Part shown: positions 48,146-57,195 of the stretch, one piece after another | How the letters are laid out: each line of letters starts with the position of its first letter | Numbering within the stretch: position 1 is the first letter of the stretch | From: a virus | Taxonomy: Duplodnaviria; Caudoviricetes | DNA: 60,202 nt | IMG/VR virus record: IMGVR_UViG_3300004369_000751 | Span: 1 to 60,202 of that record | Strand: one strand, 5' to 3' | Program-made: the position numbers and the translations under genes | Notes under the pieces: model-generated | What the model saw: the letters and a program-made list of their open reading frames with translations, nothing else | What the model was told of the DNA's origin: nothing | The model's database searches: none

Positions 48146-50532
48146 TCGTTTGTTTTAAAGCATATCCAACGCCCACCAAAGTCTCGACCTTCCTCCGGAA
48201 TGATTCCGTACTTGAACAATCCATAAGACACAAGCCACTTGTAGAACTTGGTCCTTGAGATTGTCATTCGACTCTTCGGGCCGTAGTCGGGATACTCGCT
48301 GATGAACTCGTAGTATAGCTCTTGCTTGTAGACCCTGATTCCCGGCTCTAACATCTTGGCCGGCTCTGTGTTGTCTACCAATCCGCACCACTCGATGAAA
48401 TCGTGGGTGGTCTCAGCCGATAGCTGACGAATCTTAAGGTTGACAAACTTACTCTTCACAAGACCGGTTGTCAAGTAGTTCTTCAAGCAAGACACCATGT
48501 AGTTGTCGAACTCGCACCAATCATCATCATTCCAATCACCGAAGAACAGTTTCCCGAACTCATCAAATGGAGTGAAGTCCTTGGAGTAGTACTGATGCAG
48601 CTCCAACTCCCACTTACGACGAGCAAATGAGTTGCCTGCTCCCTTGATGGCGTAGTTCGTGGTGATAGCAATCTTCGGAGACTTAGAGAATGGAATCTTT
48701 ATGGCATCCTTGTTCTTCTTCTCAAGGGTGAGTCCCTCCGTTACCACACTGAACAGACGCTCGAAATCAAAGTGCTTCTTCACGTCATCGAAAACAAGAA
48801 TCTGCGTGTCGGCAGACACCAACTGATAGGCGAAAGACCGCTCGAATGCAAAAGACTTTCCATCTATGGTTACCACCTTCTTCATTTGGCTCAGTGCGTT
48901 CATAACTATTCCCTTTCCTGTTCCTCCCTCCGGATTGTCGGAGATGACCTCATCATTCAAGATGATGGCCGGGCAGTAGGAGAAGTTCTTGTAGCCATGC
49001 ATCATGAACCCAATCGTACTACGCATAGACTCAATCCGCTCCGGCTCTGTGTGGCAGATATTCTCGATGAACCTTTTGAAAGCAAAGGATGGAGATGTCT
49101 TACACTGAATGAAGTTCCGGTCAATGACTTGGTCTTTCCATACGTATCCTCCAAGGTCAAGGTAGTCAATCGGTATAACGTCCGACTTTGTAATCTTGAC
49201 AGCGCAGTTCCTGTAGTACAGGTACGCAGTGTCCTTGGTATCCTCGATGAAGTAGATGTCAATGGTGTTAAGCATCGACAAGAACTCATCCTTAAAGAAC
49301 CGAGTTTGGTCAGCGAAGTAGTTGTACACGTTGATGTCATCCAACTCAAGGAGATGATTCAGAACGAAGTCCTTAATCTCCTTCTCGGATGCATGGTCAA
49401 TCAAGTTGTTTGTCACCTTAACGAATACGTAGTTCTTACCTCCCTCGGGGCAGAACTTGTAGAACCCATTGTCCTCCAAGAACTGCTTGAAAAGGATGTG
49501 AACAATCTTGACAGCACCCTTATCGTTCTTAGTCCAAAAGGTTAGCTTGGTGTTCTCATCTTCGATTCTGTTTAGAACAGCATCCACAACATCCCCATCC
49601 AAGTCTGACTCCAATAGCTGAGACCGAACCTCTTTCTTGGATACACCTCTGCGTATCTTGTTTTTTACTTGGTTTACTCGCTCCTCATCCTCGTAGTACT
49701 TCGTTCCGAAGTTTCGGATGTTCTGATATGCTGAGTCTATTGTTCTTACAATCTCCGACTCTGTAAAGTCTGCTGTTGCGTATTGACTCAAGACGTATCC
49801 GGCCAAGCTCTTGTTGACACCGAAGTCATTAAATGCCATGGCCAAGACAAAAGCATTTTGGTTTCTCTGTCCCTCAATCATCGGGTACTTCTTTGTCCAC
49901 CACTTCACGAGTATGTCCACAATCTTGTTCTCATCTGTGATGGGAATGGTAGGTACATCCCGATACTTAATCACCTCGTTGTAGGATGCCTCCTCAATCT
50001 TATCCCAAACGAATGAGTTGTTGTTGATGTAGATGAGTGGGTCATATGACTCGTAGCAAACTCGGCTTATGTTCTTCGTTGCTTTGTCAAAGTATGGGGA
50101 GTTGAAGTGAGACTGAAGTGAGTTGAAGTAGTTGATATGGTTCTCGGGGTCTGCCGGAATCTTTACCAAAACCTTGAGTCCATTTCCGGATGGAGATATA
50201 AAGACCGAGTAAACGTACTTGTCTTTGCTTAGGCTCTCCTTGTCGGACAGCAAGTCCTTTTGCTTCTCGTATCCATCGAAGTCCAAGCAGATGATTCCGC
50301 TGTGCTCGAGGAGGGATGCATCGTTTCTTTTGTTGAACGTGCCTGAGAAACATATGGCCGGAAGCATCTTCTTCATCTCTTGTCGCTCAGGCTTCCTCTT
50401 CTCGTTGCGTATCTTCTTCACCAACTCCTTTGATGCTCCCTCGCGAATGCGATTAAGGATGGAGTCTACCGGCCGGAAGAATGGGGCTGAGGTATCCTTG
50501 ATGTTCTGAAATATTGTGACGTTTGTTGTCAT
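48142..50532 (-). CDS. Primase-helicase (BT4734/VirE-N primase, PriCT, P-loop domain)
   Basis: KKMLPAICFSG, HSGIICLDFD, FISPSGNGLKV, GQRNQ, GGTGKG, VFDD. Confidence 0.9.
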   Translation of the reverse strand: MTTNVTIFQNIKDTSAPFFRPVDSILNRIREGASKELVKKIRNEKRKPERQEMKKMLPAICFSGTFNKRNDASLLEHSGIICLDFDGYEKQKDLLSDKESLSKDKYVYSVFISPSGNGLKVLVKIPADPENHINYFNSLQSHFNSPYFDKATKNISRVCYESYDPLIYINNNSFVWDKIEEASYNEVIKYRDVPTIPITDENKIVDILVKWWTKKYPMIEGQRNQNAFVLAMAFNDFGVNKSLAGYVLSQYATADFTESEIVRTIDSAYQNIRNFGTKYYEDEERVNQVKNKIRRGVSKKEVRSQLLESDLDGDVVDAVLNRIEDENTKLTFWTKNDKGAVKIVHILFKQFLEDNGFYKFCPEGGKNYVFVKVTNNLIDHASEKEIKDFVLNHLLELDDINVYNYFADQTRFFKDEFLSMLNTIDIYFIEDTKDTAYLYYRNCAVKITKSDVIPIDYLDLGGYVWKDQVIDRNFIQCKTSPSFAFKRFIENICHTEPERIESMRSTIGFMMHGYKNFSYCPAIILNDEVISDNPEGGTGKGIVMNALSQMKKVVTIDGKSFAFERSFAYQLVSADTQILVFDDVKKHFDFERLFSVVTEGLTLEKKNKDAIKIPFSKSPKIAITTNYAIKGAGNSFARRKWELELHQYYSKDFTPFDEFGKLFFGDWNDDDWCEFDNYMVSCLKNYLTTGLVKSKFVNLKIRQLSAETTHDFIEWCGLVDNTEPAKMLEPGIRVYKQELYYEFISEYPDYGPKSRMTISRTKFYKWLVSYGLFKYGIIPEEGRDFGGRWICFKTNE

Positions 50533-50686
50533 TTTAATGATGTTTTTATGACACTTAAGTAATTGATTATTAATTATATGTCGATTATGTCGATTTTAAA
50601 GTAAAAGTATATTTAAAAAATACTATTACAGAGAAAGAAAATAAGAGAGAGAGTAGGAGCGTTTATATTTTCGACATTTCCGACAT
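50516..50686. other. Origin-like cassette, copy 2, overlapping the primase start
   Basis: ATGTCGA at 50578 and 50587, TCGACAT at 50671, CCGACAT at 50680, AT-rich spacer. Confidence 0.65.
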
Positions 50687-50742
50687 GAGAAAAGAATGGG
50701 GGAACGAATCCGCTCCCCCTATCTTTTTAGATTTGGCTTCAG

Positions 50743-51033
50743 TTAGAACGGAAGTCCATCGCCATCCACATCAGGAGCATGAGCAGGTTCAGGTGCTGAC
50801 CGAGTCGGTGCTTGGTCTCCACCCTTCGGTTGCCACGTGTCGAGTTCGATGTAGTAGTTACCGCTTCGCGCTTGCTTAATCTGAAGGTTCACCCATCCCT
50901 TCCGCTCGTTGTCCTTCATGAACTGAATGGCCTCATCGACCTTCATGGATAGGCTTCCAACAACGAAGTTGGGTGCTGACTCTTGACGCTTAAATGAAAA
51001 GCCGTCTGCGAAAACTTTTTCTTGTTCGCTCAT
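50743..51033 (-). CDS. Single-stranded DNA-binding protein-like
   Basis: Start at ATG 51033 (MSEQEKVFADG); acidic C-terminal tail DVDGDGLPF. Confidence 0.75.
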   Translation of the reverse strand: MSEQEKVFADGFSFKRQESAPNFVVGSLSMKVDEAIQFMKDNERKGWVNLQIKQARSGNYYIELDTWQPKGGDQAPTRSAPEPAHAPDVDGDGLPF

Positions 51034-51123
51034 ATAAAATGGTATTTGTTTTCCCCTCAGATAAATTTGTGATTGTTCTCCTCTCTTGAGCCCAAGGGGT
51101 TCGCCCAATTGATTTGATTTTTT

Positions 51124-51143
51124 GCGTCTCCTCCAAGAGACTC
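51124..51143. repeat. 20-bp palindrome copy 5
   Basis: GCGTCTCCTCCAAGAGACTC directly after the exonuclease stop codon. Confidence 0.9.
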
Positions 51144-51887
51144 TTAGAGCAACTCCATTTCAATGTAGTGGTTGTCCACGCTATCGAATGCTGTCGGCCC
51201 GAAGTATCTGTTGTAGACCTCTATGGCCTGCTCAACCTTCTGCTTGCCGAACATAAGGAACTCCTCTGTTGGCCGGAACACACCGAGCTGTGCTGTCTCC
51301 TTGTCAATGACGTAGAACACCAATGGCTTACCGAATAGCTGCTCGTAGAGCCAAGCCTGAGAGTCGTAGTTGTACGCTCTTGCAGAGTACTTGAATCGGT
51401 GTATGTCTCCGGTGGTCTTTAGGTCAATGAGAATGTTCTCAGAGACAATGTCCGCCTTGCCCTTCCAAAGTTGACCAAGAACCTCCTTCACCTCCGGAAC
51501 TTCGTACTGATTTCCCGGCCGATAGATTTCATCGTAGAAGTGGATGTTGGCTTTCATCACCGATACAAGGTGCTCGATGTTCTCCTTCTCGTGCTGAAGA
51601 AGTGCTATCTCAAGTCCGCTCTCTGCAATAAACTGCTTGTAGATGTTGGTGTTTCTTGTGGACGCATCAACAAATGGAACTGACTCTGCCTTGTCAGGCT
51701 CAATGAGTAGCTGATGAAAGTACCTTCCCTCCAACAAAGACTTGGAATCGTCTCGACGTTTGCGGTAGTCCTTCGGGTTCGCGAGAAGAACTCCTATGTC
51801 GGAGTTCGACAGGAATTTCCTGCCGAACTCTCCATAGTAGTCAGAATCATCTTGGAGTCTTTGGATGATTTGCTGTTTGTTCTTCAT
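51144..51887 (-). CDS. Exonuclease VIII-like PD-(D/E)XK nuclease (DUF3799-like)
   Basis: LSNSDI...GRYFH...KGKADI...IDLKTT...YNYDSQAWLY. Confidence 0.85.
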   Translation of the reverse strand: MKNKQQIIQRLQDDSDYYGEFGRKFLSNSDIGVLLANPKDYRKRRDDSKSLLEGRYFHQLLIEPDKAESVPFVDASTRNTNIYKQFIAESGLEIALLQHEKENIEHLVSVMKANIHFYDEIYRPGNQYEVPEVKEVLGQLWKGKADIVSENILIDLKTTGDIHRFKYSARAYNYDSQAWLYEQLFGKPLVFYVIDKETAQLGVFRPTEEFLMFGKQKVEQAIEVYNRYFGPTAFDSVDNHYIEMELL

Positions 51888-52519
51888 GACAATAGCTCCT
51901 TAATTTTGTTTGCAACCGCAGGAGCAATGGTGTACTTCCGCTTCAACTGAGCCACAATCTTATCGTATCCCAACTCCTTGTTGGCATTGACGTAGGACAC
52001 AACTCGCTCCCAATTCTCTGTGCCGGTCTTCAGTGACTCAAGGGCAGCAGTGCCACCTGTTGGGTTTGATTGCACATTCGCAGAGGGACGTGGGTTGCCC
52101 ATGGTCGGGGCAGCAGCCGGCTCACCGGGGATGTCCTCTCCGCTCCATAGTTGGATGCCGAGTCCATGCATGGCAATTGCCTTGGCTGTTGAACGCTGAA
52201 TGGATTTGTTTACATCCGTTGCAGTAATCTTCTCAACAGGTATTGGATTGTTGCGGTAGTCCATGATTGGAAGGTAGTCGATGTGCTCAATGCCATCAAC
52301 GGATATTCCAACCTTTACGTATCCTGTTCTGCCATCGGTGAAGAAGTTGAGCCCTGTCGCAGGGTCTTCATACACGTTCCGATTTGCGCTCGGATAGTTT
52401 GACTTTAGCATAGACCATGCCCATGCCCATGAGAGGTAGTCCAAGCCACCTTTGTTCTCGATTTTGTCCCTGAAAGGAACGCTGCTTAAGGTCTCGAAGA
52501 CCGATTTGGTTGTTGCCAT
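51884..52519 (-). CDS. sak: Sak / DUF1071 Rad52-like single-strand annealing protein
   Basis: LDYLSWAWAW...LPIMDYRN...DVNKSIQRSTAKAIAMHGLGIQL. Confidence 0.85.
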   Translation of the reverse strand: MATTKSVFETLSSVPFRDKIENKGGLDYLSWAWAWSMLKSNYPSANRNVYEDPATGLNFFTDGRTGYVKVGISVDGIEHIDYLPIMDYRNNPIPVEKITATDVNKSIQRSTAKAIAMHGLGIQLWSGEDIPGEPAAAPTMGNPRPSANVQSNPTGGTAALESLKTGTENWERVVSYVNANKELGYDKIVAQLKRKYTIAPAVANKIKELLS

Positions 52520-52529
52520 ATGAATGGAT

Positions 52530-52829
52530 TTAAATGGTTACTGAATTGATTACGTCATCTAAGAAATAGCGGAACTCTTTTTGGTGTGATGACTTTGCCA
52601 CCTTGTTGATTCCATGGATGATTGTTGTGTGAGCCATGTCAATCCCTGCGTACTGAAGTAGCATTGTCTTGATGTCGCACACTCGAATCCCTTTCCTTTT
52701 ACACAGATAGAAGATTGTTTGTCGGGCATCTGACGCGTACCTGCTCCTGCTGTTGACTAACTCGTCTTGGCTGAGTTCGTACATCTCTTTGACGCGCTCA
52801 ACGATTGATTTAAAAACCTTTGAGTTCAT
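52530..52829 (-). CDS. DnaA C-terminal-like HTH protein
   Basis: SRSRYASDARQTIFYLC...HTTIIHGINKV; -7 TATCTTTG at 52879-52886 (minus). Confidence 0.75.
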   Translation of the reverse strand: MNSKVFKSIVERVKEMYELSQDELVNSRSRYASDARQTIFYLCKRKGIRVCDIKTMLLQYAGIDMAHTTIIHGINKVAKSSHQKEFRYFLDDVINSVTI

Positions 52830-52910
52830 TTGATTTTAGTTGTTGTGCGGATGTCAAAGGGCGCATCCGCTTCGCCACCAAAGATAGGTAATAGGGTGGT
52901 AACCACCAAA

Positions 52911-53288
52911 TTATCCGTAAACTAATTCACCGAGAATCATGTACTGAAAAACAACGTCGGCCTCACAAGCATCGCAGTATCCGTTTATAAGGTTTTGTAT
53001 TGAGATTTCGATGTCTGAGTCTTGAAGTAGTTTTGATAAGTTTTTCATAGCAACGCTTCGATACAGAACAGCTATCTCTTCTGTTGGCTCTTCTGCATCA
53101 ACTACTTTTAGTACATGGCCATCACAGAAGTTCCGATAGACTCTAACTGAGAATGGCTCATCAGGATAGCGATTCTTCAGGGTTTCATAGGTTCTTTCAC
53201 TGACATCAAACCAATGGTTTGAACCACCTTCAATTGCTGTAACGAAGAGAGACTCAAGGTCAATTTCTAATTCGATTGTTGTTTTCAT
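52911..53288 (-). CDS. Hypothetical early protein
   Basis: TAIEGGSNHW...DACEADVVFQYMILGELVYG. Confidence 0.8.
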   Translation of the reverse strand: MKTTIELEIDLESLFVTAIEGGSNHWFDVSERTYETLKNRYPDEPFSVRVYRNFCDGHVLKVVDAEEPTEEIAVLYRSVAMKNLSKLLQDSDIEISIQNLINGYCDACEADVVFQYMILGELVYG

Positions 53289-53315
53289 GTTGTGTGTATT
53301 TGATTAATTGTTTAA

Positions 53316-53371
53316 CAAAGATTGCAATAAACTTCGACATATGCAAGTGCCAAATGTCAATTAAATGTTAA
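53316..53371 (-). promoter_or_regulatory. Early-class promoter
   Basis: AATCTTTG, TTG 20 nt upstream, GTTAA half-site at the same offset as in the other early promoters. Confidence 0.6.
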
Positions 53372-53385
53372 TATTTCAGAAAAGA

Positions 53386-53688
53386 TTATTTTCTACCCTG
53401 AACTCCGTAGTACATACTGAAGTAGTCCTTGTTTATAGCAACGAACTTTGGCTTGATGTTCCGGTTCAGAAAATCAACAAGGTACAGGAACTTGAAGTTG
53501 TACTCTTCAACCAATGCATTGTGGTCAAAATCTTCTTCATCACAATTACTGCACACATCTTCCCAAAATTCTGACTCAAGTTGATGTATCCTTTCAACTA
53601 TGTTCTCGACCTCGTACTTTATATCACGTTTCATCGACCTGTTTGTCGGCTTTTTGACAAGGCTTATCATACTTATGAAATCACTCAT
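53386..53688 (-). CDS. Hypothetical protein
   Basis: ORF with an A-rich TIR. Confidence 0.7.
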   Translation of the reverse strand: MSDFISMISLVKKPTNRSMKRDIKYEVENIVERIHQLESEFWEDVCSNCDEEDFDHNALVEEYNFKFLYLVDFLNRNIKPKFVAINKDYFSMYYGVQGRK

Positions 53689-53711
53689 GGTATTTGTTTT
53701 TAATTGTTAGT

Positions 53712-53772
53712 TTAAATTCGTACCCTATCGGTAGTTAAATGTATGGTTTTGGTTAAATTCGTACCCTATCGG
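53712..53772. repeat. 20-bp direct repeat TTAAATTCGTACCCTATCGG, two copies
   Basis: Copies at 53712-53731 and 53753-53772. Confidence 0.9.
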
Positions 53773-53795
53773 GGGTTGTTTTGCCTATGCATTAG

Positions 53796-54188
53796 TTATG
53801 TGATATTTTCCATAACGAGTTTAAACACTTCCTTTGTTTCTTGTTCTGCCCAACTAATTATTTCTTCTTCCAAATCCATATTATAATTGTGCATTTCTAA
53901 GGAGTGGTGCATAAGTTCGTGAAATACACCGCCATAGGTATCATAATTATCTGCACACCTTTGAAGGTTAATAAACACAAATCTTGCATCTCCAAACTTG
54001 TAATTTTGGTCATCTTTAGGTACATAGTTTGCTAATCCCCAAATATAAGCATCATCTTTAGTGTTGGAATACAAAACACAATCCTTGTAATTAAGACCGT
54101 GCATTTCTTCTACTCCATAGTGCCAAAACAATTCACACGGACTTTTGCCGAGTAAAAGGGTGTATTTATCTCTTTTTATTTCTACCAT
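53796..54188 (-). CDS. HExxH-motif (zincin-like) hypothetical protein
   Basis: VFHELMHH...EEE; AT-rich. Confidence 0.7.
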   Translation of the reverse strand: MVEIKRDKYTLLLGKSPCELFWHYGVEEMHGLNYKDCVLYSNTKDDAYIWGLANYVPKDDQNYKFGDARFVFINLQRCADNYDTYGGVFHELMHHSLEMHNYNMDLEEEIISWAEQETKEVFKLVMENIT

Positions 54189-54292
54189 TGTAAAGTTTTG
54201 TGGAATTAAGCATTATAATGTGATTTGGCCGTTCTTTTCTTGCGTTAACAAGCATAAAGGCAGACAAATCATAGTATGGTGTGGTTTAAAAG

Positions 54293-54321
54293 TCTAAAGA
54301 ACGTCTAAAGAACGTCTAAAC
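54293..54321. repeat. Tandem 11-bp repeat GTCTAAAGAAC (about 2.6 copies)
   Basis: gtctaaagaacgtctaaagaacgtctaaa. Confidence 0.85.
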
Positions 54322-54392
54322 GCTTTGCATTTTAGACATTTATTGTGCCATATAAGGGGTGAAACATTGGGAGTTTATCCCTTTAATGACAA

Positions 54393-54507
54393 GTTAGTAG
54401 TCAGGACAGGACTCGAACCTGTATTGCACGTCTGCATCTGTGGAGCTCTATCTCAAGCGTGTCTATTTAGACCTAACACAAGCGTCTACCAATTTCGCCA
54501 CCTGACT
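54393..54507 (-). ncRNA. Pseudo-tRNA / tRNA-like RNA with an oversized, non-canonical anticodon-variable region
   Basis: Acceptor AGTCAGG/CCTGACT, D arm GCGAAATTGGTAGACGC, T arm ACAGG-TTCGAGT-CCTGT, 3' ACTAAC. Confidence 0.75.
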
Positions 54508-54547
54508 AATGATAGCAAATGTATGAAATGTTTCAACCAAATGCCAA

Positions 54548-55030
54548 CTATAGATGAGATTTTACCTTCATCCAATATGATTCAGTAGATGCCTTAGACA
54601 TTCCATTGGGCCCTCCGTTCCAACACCGAGCAATTGACTCGTAGTCCAAGTCCTTGTGGTGCTTCTCCACAATCACCATCAGCATATCCACAGACTTGTC
54701 GCAGTCCCACCTGTCATTCATGGTGTATACTTCAGAACCCAATAGTCTGTTGACCTCCCTGACCATGATTGGTCTTATCTGCAAACATCCAACTGCATCC
54801 TCCCTTCTATTGTATGCACATTCGTTGCCCCTACTCTCAACCTGAATCATGCCTGCAATCAATGTGTTAAGAGAATCAACAATCAATCTCGTTTCTGAAT
54901 CAGCAATCATTGTAGAGTCTCTTCGAAGAGACTCTGTTTTGATTGGTTCATGCATTGGATTGTTAGGAATCACAACGAATCCAAAATAGCTGCCAATAAT
55001 TCCGGCAATGATAAAAGAGATTGTCTTCAT
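54548..55030 (-). CDS. Membrane-anchored lysozyme-like / lytic transglycosylase (i-type lysozyme-like)
   Basis: N-terminal hydrophobic segment; IQVES.G...AVGCLQI...ARCWNGGP; contains palindrome copy 6 at 54915-54934. Confidence 0.75.
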   Translation of the reverse strand: MKTISFIIAGIIGSYFGFVVIPNNPMHEPIKTESLRRDSTMIADSETRLIVDSLNTLIAGMIQVESRGNECAYNRREDAVGCLQIRPIMVREVNRLLGSEVYTMNDRWDCDKSVDMLMVIVEKHHKDLDYESIARCWNGGPNGMSKASTESYWMKVKSHL

Positions 55031-55290
55031 GGTCTTGTGAATTTAATGGTTAATGAATTTGTGCTTGAGCCAACAAGTATGGCTATCTCTGATGAAGGAT
55101 GAGTCTCGTGATACAGGTCATACGTCCTGACCTTCTGCTCCACGTCCATGGAATGCCAAAGCCGAAGGATGCTGCCCATACCCATACGCTCATCTAAGTC
55201 CAAGATGTCTCGCTTGTCAGCCATGCTCAGGCTGAAGAACCACCTGTCAATTTGACCTATCAGTGGCTCAATTATGTTACGAAAAATCAT
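55027..55290 (-). CDS. Hypothetical protein
   Basis: Overlap-coupled ORF. Confidence 0.65.
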   Translation of the reverse strand: MIFRNIIEPLIGQIDRWFFSLSMADKRDILDLDERMGMGSILRLWHSMDVEQKVRTYDLYHETHPSSEIAILVGSSTNSLTIKFTRP

Positions 55291-55777
55291 AGCTCATCAC
55301 TGCTAAGTGTCCATTGTACTCCTGACCTCTATTGAGAACCCAAGAGTACTCGACAACAGATATTCTTTTTGTGTTCGTAGCAATCAGGTCAATTGTGTTG
55401 TAGCAAACGAGTGCATCGTAAAAGTCTTTGAACACATCATACACATCATCATCTGTGAAGACGTAGTAGTAGTAAATGATGTCTGACTCATCATCCAAGT
55501 GATGAATGTTTGACCAATCGGCCAAGTCCTGCTCTGTCAATGGATAGTAGGTCTTCCTGCCATACAACCCACAGATTGCCTCCCAAAACTTCCGACCTTC
55601 AGCAGATGCTGACCATGGGAATCCCCCAAAAAGTATTTGGTTGCCTCCAATCCATCGAGGATTGTCTTCATTGAGCCAATCTAAGCCTGCTTGTACTCCT
55701 CTCCACTTTAACGTGTTTTGGACAAATGACTCAGCAATTGTCTCTTCTAACTGCGAAATAAAATCAATCGGTCTCAT
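55277..55777 (-). CDS. Hypothetical protein
   Basis: Overlap-coupled ORF. Confidence 0.7.
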   Translation of the reverse strand: MRPIDFISQLEETIAESFVQNTLKWRGVQAGLDWLNEDNPRWIGGNQILFGGFPWSASAEGRKFWEAICGLYGRKTYYPLTEQDLADWSNIHHLDDESDIIYYYYVFTDDDVYDVFKDFYDALVCYNTIDLIATNTKRISVVEYSWVLNRGQEYNGHLAVMSYDFS

Positions 55778-56010
55778 AGGTTTCTGATTATGTTTTGGAT
55801 TTGAATGAATGAAAGGTTTACCTCATCTTCCGACAGGTAGTAGGTAATGCCCATGTCTATTCTGTAGGCTTCATCGGAAACGAATGCTCCGCTTACGTTC
55901 ATAAGAGCATCAGCAAGAGCCACAACGGACAGGTGATGCTCAATTCCATCAACGAAGACTACATACAAGGGATAGGCTTTCCCTTTGAAAATGATTCTCT
56001 CTGTGTTCAT
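55774..56010 (-). CDS. Hypothetical protein
   Basis: ATGA-type coupling. Confidence 0.7.
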   Translation of the reverse strand: MNTERIIFKGKAYPLYVVFVDGIEHHLSVVALADALMNVSGAFVSDEAYRIDMGITYYLSEDEVNLSFIQIQNIIRNL

Positions 56011-56501
56011 GATTCTTTATTGAAGTGATTGTTAAAGATTTCTTCTGCAATGTAGTTCGCTGAACTAAGATGTCCGCGGAGAATCCGAATCGAACTGACT
56101 TCTCTATTACCAACAATCTTGCCTGCTGTGTCTGTGAATATCATGCGATTCGCAAAATGTAGGATTCGCAAGGTCTCTTCGTTGTGGTCTGTGCAGTCCC
56201 ATCTGCCATTGTCTATGTAGTAGATAGGCTCAGAAACGTCTCCGTAGACCTCAACAAATGCTCCATCCAAGCTACATTCCAATGGCTCATATCCTCCGAA
56301 GGAGTAGTCTCTGCCATCAAAGACAAACTTGAATCCGCGACCTACGATACCCATGGCCGGCAAAGCACCCTCGTGAGACCATTCATCACCATCGATGTTT
56401 ACTTTGAAAATCGGAAGGATGTCCCGACCATCTTCTGCATCAGCCAACACTAAGGATTGGTAGTTAGACTCGATGCTGTGTTCAATTACAAGTTTTCTCA
56501 T
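56007..56501 (-). CDS. Hypothetical early protein
   Basis: A/T-rich TIR right after tRNA-like element B. Confidence 0.75.
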   Translation of the reverse strand: MRKLVIEHSIESNYQSLVLADAEDGRDILPIFKVNIDGDEWSHEGALPAMGIVGRGFKFVFDGRDYSFGGYEPLECSLDGAFVEVYGDVSEPIYYIDNGRWDCTDHNEETLRILHFANRMIFTDTAGKIVGNREVSSIRILRGHLSSANYIAEEIFNNHFNKES

Positions 56502-56520
56502 TTTGATTTAAATTTAAAGG

Positions 56521-56605
56521 TTAGTGTGGCTTTCGGACTCGAACCGAAGGAAGAGTCTCTTCGAAGAGACGCAAATTGCTGCTAATCATTCCGACCATCA
56601 ACCAC
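56521..56605 (-). ncRNA. tRNA-like element B containing palindrome copy 7 (56553-56572)
   Basis: GTGGTT/AGCCAC stem, T arm TTCGG-TTCGAGT-CCGAA, 3' ACTAA. Confidence 0.7.
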
Positions 56606-56609
56606 TACA

Positions 56610-56675
56610 CAAAGGTTGGGAATGTATGGGACATTAGCAATAGCCAAATGCCCCATAATTCTTAAGAATTGTTAA
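56610..56675 (-). promoter_or_regulatory. Early-class promoter
   Basis: AACCTTTG, TTG 20 nt upstream, CTTAAGAATTGTTAA at 56661-56675. Confidence 0.65.
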
Positions 56676-56900
56676 TTAAATTGAAATGGTTTCGATGTCT
56701 TGAATAAACGTGATGTGAGCATTTGGGAAACGATTTTCTAATGCATAGACCAAAGAATCATTGTCATACTCTTCGTAGCCATCTCGCTCTTGGTTGACCA
56801 ATGGAGTGATTACTTCGACAATGTCCTGTTCGCTCAGGTCTGTCAGCAGATAGAAATCTTCTTCTTCAAATGCTGTTGTGTTGATTCTGAAAATGTTCAT
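56676..56900 (-). CDS. Acidic hypothetical protein (74 aa)
   Basis: ATG 56900 is preceded by the same CCTTAGAAACC TIR as the gene starting at 57174. Confidence 0.7.
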   Translation of the reverse strand: MNIFRINTTAFEEEDFYLLTDLSEQDIVEVITPLVNQERDGYEEYDNDSLVYALENRFPNAHITFIQDIETISI

Positions 56901-56913
56901 GGTTTCTAAGGTG

Positions 56914-57174
56914 TTAAAGGTTATTGTAATTGATTGATTTTTTAATTCTGTAGTAGTCATAAACATCTAATTCGTAGATGTCTCCCAAGTCTTCTTCGCT
57001 GACATACATTCTCTCGACCTGCTCACCTGAATGAAAGTGCAGGTAAAGGTCATACAATGTAGGGTAGATGATGGCTTCTCCATCTTTGATTAAGACGTGA
57101 ATGGCTGCTCCATTGTTATCGTGCCTGACTTCGTATGTCCTGTCGGCTTTGTCAAAATGCTCGTTATGAATCAT
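56914..57174 (-). CDS. Hypothetical protein
   Basis: Conserved TIR AATACCTTAGAAACC-ATG. Confidence 0.7.
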   Translation of the reverse strand: MIHNEHFDKADRTYEVRHDNNGAAIHVLIKDGEAIIYPTLYDLYLHFHSGEQVERMYVSEEDLGDIYELDVYDYYRIKKSINYNNL

Positions 57175-57195
57175 GGTTTCTAAGGTATTAAGTGA

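Noticed and set aside
50698-50720. GGGG...CGAATCC...CCCC hairpin as another tRNA-like element
   Set aside because: No T arm plus acceptor architecture; better explained as a terminator-like hairpin after the SSB-like gene
45073-52829. DNA polymerase, integrase or repressor module
   Set aside because: No matching motifs were recognised in any ORF, so lifestyle cannot be called beyond a lytic-looking layout
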